DNA of 14,799 nt from Polyangia bacterium. GTDB taxonomy: Bacteria > Myxococcota_A > Polyangia > JAAYKL01. Below, in pieces: positions 1 to 7,359 of this stretch. The notes beneath the pieces were generated by a model. That model saw nothing but the letters and a program-made list of their open reading frames with translations. It ran no database searches and had not been told where the DNA came from. A program made the position numbers and the translations under genes. The stretch lies in assembly GCA_050287845.1 (NCBI GenBank), contig JBNKCR010000074.1, positions 1-14,799 of the forward strand, in the 5' to 3' direction. How positions within the stretch are numbered: position 1 is the stretch's first letter; the number at the start of each line of letters is the position of its first letter.

Positions 1-20
1 ATCCGGCATATTTAAGCTTT

Positions 21-79
21 CGTCCTCAGTCCCTCGGTCGATGTAGCGAGGGCTACACCTCGGTCGGGCCTTGTGGGCG
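21..79. repeat. Imperfect palindromic intergenic element
   Basis: Central stem TGTAGC-GAGG-GCTACA (42-57), CCTCGGTCG on both sides of it (32-40, 58-66), and loosely complementary outer arms CGTCCTCA...TGTGGGCG. Confidence 0.4.
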
Positions 80-357
80 CGCATTAAACCTGCTTGTATT
101 TCCGCGATTTCGCTGGCGGAATCAAACCGATCGCCGCTCTAGCCATGTCTCAATAGCCCTAATTGGGCGCGAAATGTCGAATGACGTACGAGAATGGCGC
201 GGATGTACCATTCTGGCATACCAGCTTGGGTTGCGCCTGGTCCGAACGTTCCGTTTTGTCTTGTTTTCATTGCTATTCGAATTTGGTACGGCTTTCGCTA
301 CTTGCGAGTGTGAAGGGGGTAACAGATACTTCCGGCAAACAAAAATTGAGGCATGCC

Positions 358-1051
358 ATGTGTAAAGTACTCATAGCCGGTGCAACCGAATATCTTGGCA
401 GTTACGTTTTAAAAGAAGCCCAAGCCAGAGGACATAGCGTGCGCGCCCTTACGCGAATCGCGACCAGAATTGAATCCGTTGTTCGACCTGAAGATGAAAT
501 TTGGACAGGTGAAATCACAAACCCGATCGGTCTTTCACGGCGCCGCGCTGAAACATTTGGATATAGTTAAAGCCCACGAGGATTTTGTCGATTGTTTGAA
601 AGTGTCCGGCATCAACTACACCATTATTCGGCCAACGGGTTATTTTTCAGACATGGGCGAGTTTATGAAAATGGCACAGAACGGTCGCGCATACCTGATT
701 GGAAACGGTCACAACCAAATGAACCCGATTCACGGTGCCGATCTCGCTGGCGTTTGTGTAGACGGATTTCACTTCATTAATGCGGAAGTAAATGTGGGTG
801 GTCCAGACATTATGCGCTATCGAGACATGGCGGCGGCGGCATTCGACGCATTACATCGCCCCCACCGTCTGTTTGCGATACCTCTCTGGTTGATGCGTGC
901 CGTCGTTTTCATAACGAGGCTGTTCAATCGTCACCAGGGGGAGTTACTGGCGTTTTTTGTGACCATGATGTCGAGCGACATGGTGGCCCCCAAAAAAGGG
1001 ACGCGCACATTGCACGCCCATTTTGATCAACTGGCCATCAGCGGACAATAA
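358..1051 (+). pseudogene. NmrA-like/atypical SDR NAD(P)-binding oxidoreductase, internally deleted and frameshifted
   Basis: ATG 358 follows GAGG (348-351). The N-terminal Rossmann strand KVLIAGATEYLG (GxxGxxG with G>E) runs to ...GEITNP at 525. Another frame from 527 gives SVFHG..KHLDIVKAHEDF..YTIIRPTGYFSDM..NPIHGADLA to TAA 1051. The central segment expected in this family is absent. Confidence 0.8.
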
Positions 1052-1052
1052 A

Positions 1053-1093
1053 GAAAATAAAAAATACTGTCCCTTTTATTCTTCATTTATTCT
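1053..1093 (+). repeat. REP-like stutter tract (core AAATACTGTCCCTTTTATT)
   Basis: AAAATAAAAAATACTGTCCCTTTTATTCTTCATTTATTCT. Closely related cores recur at 5014-5060 (AAATACTGTTCCTTT and CTGTCCCTTTTA). Confidence 0.55.
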
Positions 1094-1227
1094 AGCTGGG
1101 TCAACTGGAGCTTCAGCAACAAAGACGAAACTGCTCCGCCCTGATACCGGAGGCAATGCTTATCGGCCCATGGGACGACTCGGAGCTGACCCAGTCCGGC
1201 CGAATGATCGAGGAGCTGCTTCGGTAG
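1094..1227 (+). pseudogene. C-terminal remnant of a GH5 (subfamily 2-like) endoglucanase
   Basis: My translation: SWVNWSFSNKDE(T), a 1-nt frameshift near 1131, then CSALIPEAMLIGPWDDSELTQSGRMIEELLR*. This matches the GH5 cellulase C-terminal pattern SWxNWSxSDKxETxSxLxP...W...LTxSG. Confidence 0.7.
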
Positions 1228-1264
1228 ACAAGAGTGGCGCTCGAGATGAGAAGCAAAAAAAGGT

Positions 1265-2983
1265 CTATTCCAACAGAGTGCCGTTGTGGGCGCTTACAAC
1301 CAGCTCGTTGCCGTTGTCAGTGACAAGGGCTACCGCCGCCTGTAGGCGGCCGTCACGCAATCCGTAGCAGGGTTTCGCCGAGACCAGGGTGACAGGTGAT
1401 TTGGCTATGGAATCGATTTCGGAAACCGCCAAGCTGACGATATTCGCCACGCTCAATAATTCCTCTGTTATATCGGGACGGCTTTGCGCATGGGGTGTGA
1501 TTGAGGGCCAGTAGTGCGCAGTGGCCACAACCGCATCATCATTTACAAGCGCAGAATGGAATATCGCCTTGCCATTGGTCAGGACAGGGAGGTCGTCTAT
1601 TTTACGGATGTATCTGATGTTGTATCCAATCGTGACGCGTTTGGTGTCTGAACCCGCTCTCTGGATGGCTACGGGGGGAACTTGAACAGCATCTCCGGGG
1701 AGATCGTCGAGACGTTGAGATTCAAAAATTGCATTGGCCTCGTCCAGAGTTACGGTTTTGGGGGATAAAAACCTTTTGTTGGACTTTCGAGAATAATTGT
1801 CTGATTGGACGAGTTCTTCCTCTACCCGATAGTCAGTCGTGGTCAATGTTTTGAACGAATCGCCGAAGGTCCGATCGTCGCTCAGAAGCGATGTGTTCGT
1901 CCATACCGAATCTCCTATCCGGGTGAGACTCCCGTGCATTGCCCACGCCGGAGATTTACCGGATCTCGCGGAGTATTCCACAATGTCGTCTCCTTCACGC
2001 ACATAGGCTATCCACCGGTCGTGTACATAGGAATCGGCATTGTTGACCTGGTACCATGATACCACGTAGGAGCCGCCATCGCCGATACCGTCAACAAAAC
2101 CACGGGCAATATCAACGTCGAGCAGATCGAAAGAATCTTTTGTGTAGCCGAAGAAGTTCTTACTGGAAGATGCCATTTTTCCCCGCCAATCCGCTTGACC
2201 CGTCTGGCAGGTGGCCGTGATGAACGTATGACAATTGATAACATTTACGCCAAAGATGTCCAGGGTGCCGTCCGACGTGGCGATGCCGGTTTCGTACCCG
2301 TGTCCTGTGTGGTAGAGAATGCCGATGTCAGATCTCTCCAGCAGGGCCCGCAACGTCGAACTGGAGACATTGCTGTCTGAACCCAGCTCTTCATATCCGA
2401 TGGCGCTCAGCCCGCTGGCCATTATCATCCTGTCCTCGGGGTCCAAATCATCTGCGACATTTGTTGTGTAAAAAGTTTTATTCGTCGCCGCGGTATCCGT
2501 GTCACTGTCGCTGTCTCCATCTGCATCGGCGTCGCTGTCCGTATCAGTATCCATATCGGTATCACCGTCGCCTCCGGTTAAGTCGCAACAGTGCTCCCAA
2601 AAATTCGTGCAGGCGCCGTCCATCGGCGTTCCCTTCTGGGCAGCACAGTCGACTACACAGTCGAACGCGCAATTACCGTCGCTATCGGCGTCGGTGTCGG
2701 CATCTGAATCAGCGTCGGTGTCGGTATCCGTGTCCGTATCGGTGTCCGAGTCCGAGTCGGTGTCCGAGTCCGAGTCGGTGTCTGTATCCGAGTCCGAGTC
2801 GGCATCCGAGTCCGTGTCAGTATCCGAGTCGGTGTCTGCATCCGTGTCCGCGTCAGCGTCGGCATCCGTGTCCGTCTCAACGTCCGCGTCGGCATCCGAG
2901 TCTTTGTCCTGTGAGCAGCTGACCGCGGCCACAGCCAAAATTGCATATAAAGTCGACCAAATAAATACTGACCTGTTTGTCAT
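1265..2983 (-). CDS. Lipoprotein (572 aa): two Asp/Thr/Ser tracts, 6-Cys module, clan CD (caspase/gingipain-like) His-Cys domain, C-terminal PepSY/FTP-like region
   Basis: ATG 2983 has a GGAGG RBS (2991-2995), better than the track start at 3214. Signal MTNRSVFIWSTLYAILAVAAVS|C; DADADTDTDSD tracts; motifs GILYHTGHG and FITATCQTG; tail YNIRYIRKIDDLPV...VVSAHNGTLLE. Confidence 0.75.
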   Translation of the reverse strand: MTNRSVFIWSTLYAILAVAAVSCSQDKDSDADADVETDTDADADADTDADTDSDTDTDSDADSDSDTDTDSDSDTDSDSDTDTDTDTDTDADSDADTDADSDGNCAFDCVVDCAAQKGTPMDGACTNFWEHCCDLTGGDGDTDMDTDTDSDADADGDSDSDTDTAATNKTFYTTNVADDLDPEDRMIMASGLSAIGYEELGSDSNVSSSTLRALLERSDIGILYHTGHGYETGIATSDGTLDIFGVNVINCHTFITATCQTGQADWRGKMASSSKNFFGYTKDSFDLLDVDIARGFVDGIGDGGSYVVSWYQVNNADSYVHDRWIAYVREGDDIVEYSARSGKSPAWAMHGSLTRIGDSVWTNTSLLSDDRTFGDSFKTLTTTDYRVEEELVQSDNYSRKSNKRFLSPKTVTLDEANAIFESQRLDDLPGDAVQVPPVAIQRAGSDTKRVTIGYNIRYIRKIDDLPVLTNGKAIFHSALVNDDAVVATAHYWPSITPHAQSRPDITEELLSVANIVSLAVSEIDSIAKSPVTLVSAKPCYGLRDGRLQAAVALVTDNGNELVVSAHNGTLLE

Positions 2984-3103
2984 GACAAAACCTCCAGACA
3001 TTATTGTCTCTTCAAACACAAAATTCGGCGGTAGTCCGAATAAAAGCCTTCCTCGAAATACCCGTCGAAAACCTACATAATTTCCCCTCCCGAACTCCTG
3101 GGA

Positions 3104-3137
3104 GATGTTCAACTGGATGTTCAACTGTGGTTCAACT
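3104..3137 (+). repeat. Short direct repeats GATGTTCAACTG x2 plus partial GTTCAACT
   Basis: Perfect 12-bp tandem copies at 3104-3115 and 3116-3127 and a third core at 3130-3137, about 120-150 bp upstream of the 2983 start. Confidence 0.6.
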
Positions 3138-3147
3138 AAGTAATATA

Positions 3148-3210
3148 GGGGTAAAATGAGGGAAAATGGGGAAAATAAAATGGAATAAAATGGGGACACT
3201 CCCCTTTTAT
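3148..3210 (-). repeat. REP-like palindrome with stutter tract
   Basis: Imperfect palindrome ATAAAATGGGGACACTCCCCTTTTAT (3185-3210). The minus strand reads GTGTCCCCATTTTATT-CCATTTTATTT-TCCCCATTTT-CCCTCATTTT-ACCC. Confidence 0.65.
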
Positions 3211-3211
3211 A

Positions 3212-3963
3212 CATTTTCCGCCACCACGTTCAAATCGTATTGACTGCAAATTCGCCGGTGTCATGGCTGATTCCCACGCTTCCCCATGCCTGATTTTCGG
3301 AAATGTCATAGACACCATACGGCGCTGCACGGCCGAGTTTCGGATCGACGAAGTCATGGACATTTACGGTTTCAGGGTCATATTTCGGTCGCAGTTCGAC
3401 GCCTCCGTTCCTGTAGTTTCCCACCATTTCCTTTTTCTTCGTATCAACGGAGATGGCGGGTTCACCGGCCTGCACCTGGCGTCTGACCGTCTCATTGATA
3501 TGTTCGAACTGTTCGTTCCGGTCCGGATGCTGCGCGCCTTCGACTCGTTTCTGATTGGCCTGAAGACTGTATCCGAGTTTTTCTTTCAGCAGCTTCGCCA
3601 CTGTTTTCATCGTCACGGAATGCCCCTTTTCCTTCAGCGCTACCCCCAGGTTTCGCTGGCTCCGCAGGGTCCACAGCAAGGTAAACTCCGGGTCTCCACG
3701 CATGGTTACCTCCAACAGTTCTTTCAGATCGGGAAGATGGGAAACCTGGGCCCCCACAGAATCCCGGAAATTCATCTCCCAGTTCTGATACAACACTACG
3801 ATAAAAAGACGGCTCCGTTTCCATGGACCAATCCGTTCACCAGTAGATTATATCGTTTCCGATACCCCGCTGTTCCAAAGGGGGATTCCACCTGATGGAT
3901 GGCACACAATAGCACAGACTCCCTGGAGTCAACTTATGGATTGGCTTATTATTTTGAATGGTT
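3212..3963 (-). mobile_element. ISAzo13-family (Rhodopirellula-type DDE) transposase remnant
   Basis: RGDPE..LLWT, LGYSLQANQKRVEGAQHPDRNEQFEHIN, ISVDTKKKE, VHDF..LGRAAPYGVYD, VGISHDTGEFAVNTI. After the in-frame TGA (3230-3232) the frame continues TWWRKM, matching the family RRWW motif, and is then cut at 3212. The N-terminus is degenerate and the upstream boundary is approximate. Confidence 0.85.
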
Positions 3964-4051
3964 ACATGATTGTATACACCTTATGGAACATTGGCGCGGC
4001 AGTTGCAGTAAAATGAAAAAGCAATAACATCTCCGCAACAGGGAGCTTGGG

Positions 4052-4996
4052 ATGAACCCATATCAGAAATCTATTTTTTATCCTGTACCACTGTTGGTCA
4101 TGTTGCAAATTGTCAGTGTGATTGGTTTTGGGGGATGCTCAGATACCACTGGTGATTCTGATAACAATGCATCAACCGACTTGGATACCGACACGGACAC
4201 CGATACAGATACCGACACCGATACAGATACAGATACCGACACAGATACAGATACAGATACAGATACAGATACAGATACAGATACAGCTACCGACACCGAT
4301 ACCGGGCAGAATCCATCGGTGTATTCGCTGTTTCACTGTTCCACCCAGGTTTCCCAAACCTCGGATCTGTCGCCCCTGAAAAGCGCCATTTCCCCGGCCT
4401 TTGGAGTAATGGTAGACATCTGGACCATGGCGGAAACCTATATAGATACAGACCAGGTGACGGATTGCACCCCCGTCTCACCGGCCACCGCCTGCCTGGA
4501 GGCAAACTTTGTCGCCGGCAGTGGTGTGTCTGTTATATACAGCTATTCATCCGTTCCCTACGAAGGCAGTTACGACTCCTCTTTTGACAGTCCCCAGGTG
4601 GCGACGGAAACCATTTCCATTGGCAACGAGACCCTCTTCTGGACCGCCCTGGACATCCGCCGCACCGCCGTTGACGAATCTGGGTTTTTTGAATCTGTAA
4701 ATAATACCGAGTACGAAGCCACCTGGACAGGCGTTGTGGACGATACCTGGCCGGCAGACAATAGCGCCACCGTCTCCCAATACCGGCTTTCCGATGATGG
4801 TTCCAGGTGGAACACTGATAAATGGATCAGCGCAGACTGTTCCCTCACCGAAATATCCAGCGACGGCGGCAATTGGGAACTGGAGGTAAACGAAAACACC
4901 GTCATCAGCAATGACACCGGATTGGTTACCGTAAACAACGTCTGTGTCGGCTACGTGGATATCCACACCTACAAATTTATCGGCAACTGCGAATAA
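4052..4996 (+). CDS. Lipoprotein (314 aa) with (DT)n linker and an unknown acidic, Cys-containing beta-rich domain
   Basis: GGGAG upstream of ATG 4052; hydrophobic signal ending IGFGG|C; about 20 DT dipeptides; no recognisable catalytic motif. Confidence 0.8.
   Translation: MNPYQKSIFYPVPLLVMLQIVSVIGFGGCSDTTGDSDNNASTDLDTDTDTDTDTDTDTDTDTDTDTDTDTDTDTDTDTATDTDTGQNPSVYSLFHCSTQVSQTSDLSPLKSAISPAFGVMVDIWTMAETYIDTDQVTDCTPVSPATACLEANFVAGSGVSVIYSYSSVPYEGSYDSSFDSPQVATETISIGNETLFWTALDIRRTAVDESGFFESVNNTEYEATWTGVVDDTWPADNSATVSQYRLSDDGSRWNTDKWISADCSLTEISSDGGNWELEVNENTVISNDTGLVTVNNVCVGYVDIHTYKFIGNCE
4184..4303 (+). repeat. Coding hexanucleotide repeat (Asp-Thr), including perfect (GATACA)7
   Basis: Perfect run at 4244-4285 within a degenerate GAYACN array. 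Confidence 0.95.
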
Positions 4997-5007
4997 TCAG
5001 TCGGATC

Positions 5008-5084
5008 AATAATAAATACTGTTCCTTTGACACTCCTTTAACACTTCTGTCCCTTTTACACTTCTTTTACACTTCTTTTACACT
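5008..5084 (+). repeat. REP-like stutter tract
   Basis: AATAAATACTGTTCCTTTGACACT-CCTTTAACACTT-CTGTCCCTTTTACACTT-CTTTTACACTT-CTTTTACACT: nested partial copies restarting at or near the C-run. Confidence 0.7.
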
Positions 5085-5264
5085 CGTTTTCAGTGCCTTG
5101 GATATTTGTCGCATAACTGCGCGAAGGCATTGTCGTTCCTGTTTTTCCCGAAGCGCACCTGCGACAATTTCTTTGTCCTGAAGAAAAAGCGAATGGGTTC
5201 GTTTTGCAGTTGTATTTGTCTTTAGCAAACGGTCGAGTCCATGGCGTTCACTCTCCCAACCAAC
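5085..5264 (-). mobile_element. IS4-family transposase C-terminal remnant
   Basis: ESERHGLDRLLKTNTTAKRTHSLFLQ matches the IS4-family C-terminal pattern GExLGxDRxLKxNTxKxRTHSLFRQG, recognised from memory. No upstream DDE portion is present. Confidence 0.65.
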
Positions 5265-5267
5265 GAT

Positions 5268-5350
5268 TTGGAAATTGGGGATAATGGGCAGTTTTTCAGA
5301 AACATGCACCCATTTTGCGTGTCCCAATTTCCTGTAAAAAGGGTGCTGTA
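5268..5350. repeat. Inverted REP-like doublet
   Basis: GGAAATTGGG (5270-5279) pairs with CCCAATTTCC (5323-5332), which lies in the core GTGTCCCAATTT. GCACCCATTTT (5306-5316) pairs nearly perfectly with AAAAAGGGTGC (5336-5346). Confidence 0.55.
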
Positions 5351-5423
5351 AAATTTTACTGCTGATGGCAGTCACCTGAAATTCGGATTCAATGTTCGCC
5401 TCAGCGTTCTACAAAAACAACCG

Positions 5424-7301
5424 TCAATGCAATTCGGGGACTTTTCCAGTGAAGGTTATCTTTACCGCATATCCATTGGGATTGGACCGATTGGCCGGCA
5501 AGTCGATAATGATTCCTGTGTTGTCCTGGGACCAGTTGCAGCTTTCACCGCCCACAAACGCAATGTCTGAAATCGCAGATGCGTCAAAATTCTGTGATGC
5601 CAGAGTTGTCAGCACCATTCGGTTATTTGACGGCCATCCCATCGCGATGGCGTAAAGGACATCATTGTCTTTACTTCTGGTATATCGAATATCCTGCGCA
5701 TTCCCTTCAGGCGGCGCGCCCATACCGCCACCGCCCATTGGGGTTGGACCTTCGCCAAATCGCACCCACGCCCGAGTGGCATAAATGGCTTCGCCAAACA
5801 TTTTCAGCCAACTGCCAATGGCCAACAGAATATCTTTTTGCTCCTGAGGAAATGTGCCATCCGCCATGGGCGATGTATTCAGCAACAGACTGCCGTTTTT
5901 ACTGACGCGATCGATGAGGGCATGAAGAAGTGATTTGGCGGAATAGTACCGCATCCCGGTGGTGTACCCCCAGCTTGAAAGACTGAGTGTGTCTTCTGAG
6001 AGCCAGAACGGATAGGTAATGTCCGCTTCTCCCCCCCGTTCCACCTGATGTACCTCCCCGTTTGAATTGAACCCGTCATTGTAAGAGACAACCACTGTTT
6101 TGTTCCACTCAATGGCTCTATTGAAGTAATAAGACAAGTATTCAAGTTTGGTCTGGTCACTGATGAAACGAACGTTGAAATCATGCCACATATAGTCGGG
6201 GCGATACATATCAATCAGTTCCTTTTCAACACAAAGCCAGAATGCTTCTGAATCCGCGGTGGGTAGCTGTCCATATAGCTTTTGCAGGCTGGGGTCGGAT
6301 TGCTGAGGCACCCATTCAAAGTACCCGGTAAACGTGAACGCGTTGTGCGTGGAAACCAGAAACTTCATCCCCCTGGCGCGATAGGCATCCGCAAGTAATT
6401 GAACGAGATCGAGCTTCGGCCCCTTGTCCATGGAATTCCATTCGTTGCATTCGCTGTCCCACAGGGAATACCCATCATGATGCATGGCCACCGGTCCGGC
6501 CATTTTCGCGCCCGAATCATAAAACAGCTGCGCCCATTCCTCGGGATCAAAATTGCCCCCTTCAGATTTCAACTTTGGATTGAACTGTACAAACTGACCT
6601 GCTTTGTTGTTCGCGCCATCAATGAAATTGTGATACGGCCATTCGGTGTAGGGGTCGCCGTACGTATCACGATGGTGATTGAACTCACCGGAACCGCTGT
6701 GGTACATGTTTCTGGGATACCACTCACTGCCGTACGCCGGAACAGAGTAGACGCCCCAGTGATGCCACAGTCCAAATTTAGCGTCCTGAAACCATTCCGG
6801 CGCCGCTGGATGAGTATCCACCGACGTCCATGTCGCATCGTATGGACCATTGGTGTCTATCTCTGTATCACTATCTTCAATAAAAGTTTCAGTATCAGCG
6901 TTTGTGTCCATAAGATCAGCAGAGTCTGTGTCTCTGTCTGAATCAGTATCAGTATCAGTATCAGTATCAGTATCAGTATCAGTATCAGTATCGGTGTCGG
7001 TATCTGTATCTGAATCAGTGTCGGCATCCGTATCAGAATCAGAATCAGCGTCTGTGTCCATATCAGAATCTGTGTCAGTATCGGAGTCGGAATCAGTATC
7101 TGAATCTGAATCTGAATCAGTATCTGAATCTGAATCTGTATCGCTATCGCTATCGCTGTCGCTATCAGTATCCGAGTCTGTAGATGATTCTGCCTCGGTG
7201 CTGTCAGTATTCCCGGAACCTGAACCATTCGCGGAACAGGATGTAATACCAATGACAGCCCACCAAAGGGCCATCCATACAAAATAACGAAATATAAACA
7301 T
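5424..7301 (-). CDS. GH29 alpha-L-fucosidase lipoprotein with Asp/Thr/Ser linker (625 aa)
   Basis: AAGGAG RBS; lipobox GITS|C; motifs [45 protein letters not shown] (predicted nucleophile), [22 protein letters not shown]. Confidence 0.95.
   Translation of the reverse strand: MFIFRYFVWMALWWAVIGITSCSANGSGSGNTDSTEAESSTDSDTDSDSDSDSDTDSDSDTDSDSDSDTDSDSDTDTDSDMDTDADSDSDTDADTDSDTDTDTDTDTDTDTDTDTDTDTDSDRDTDSADLMDTNADTETFIEDSDTEIDTNGPYDATWTSVDTHPAAPEWFQDAKFGLWHHWGVYSVPAYGSEWYPRNMYHSGSGEFNHHRDTYGDPYTEWPYHNFIDGANNKAGQFVQFNPKLKSEGGNFDPEEWAQLFYDSGAKMAGPVAMHHDGYSLWDSECNEWNSMDKGPKLDLVQLLADAYRARGMKFLVSTHNAFTFTGYFEWVPQQSDPSLQKLYGQLPTADSEAFWLCVEKELIDMYRPDYMWHDFNVRFISDQTKLEYLSYYFNRAIEWNKTVVVSYNDGFNSNGEVHQVERGGEADITYPFWLSEDTLSLSSWGYTTGMRYYSAKSLLHALIDRVSKNGSLLLNTSPMADGTFPQEQKDILLAIGSWLKMFGEAIYATRAWVRFGEGPTPMGGGGMGAPPEGNAQDIRYTRSKDNDVLYAIAMGWPSNNRMVLTTLASQNFDASAISDIAFVGGESCNWSQDNTGIIIDLPANRSNPNGYAVKITFTGKVPELH
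6855..7185 (-). repeat. Coding DS/DT low-complexity tract, including (ATCAGT)8 on the + strand
   Basis: Perfect run at 6942-6989; tract edges are approximate. Confidence 0.9.
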
Positions 7302-7359
7302 GAAACACTCCTTATTATCGGATTTTTATGAAACCCGAATTGTCTCTGGGTGGCGTCTG

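Noticed and set aside
2984..3214. N-terminal extension of ORF 1265-3214
   Set aside because: It runs through the REP tract; the RBS and signal peptide support the start at 2983.
5067..5375. 102-aa ORF as an intact gene
   Set aside because: It is a chimera of REP-like DNA and an IS4 tail.
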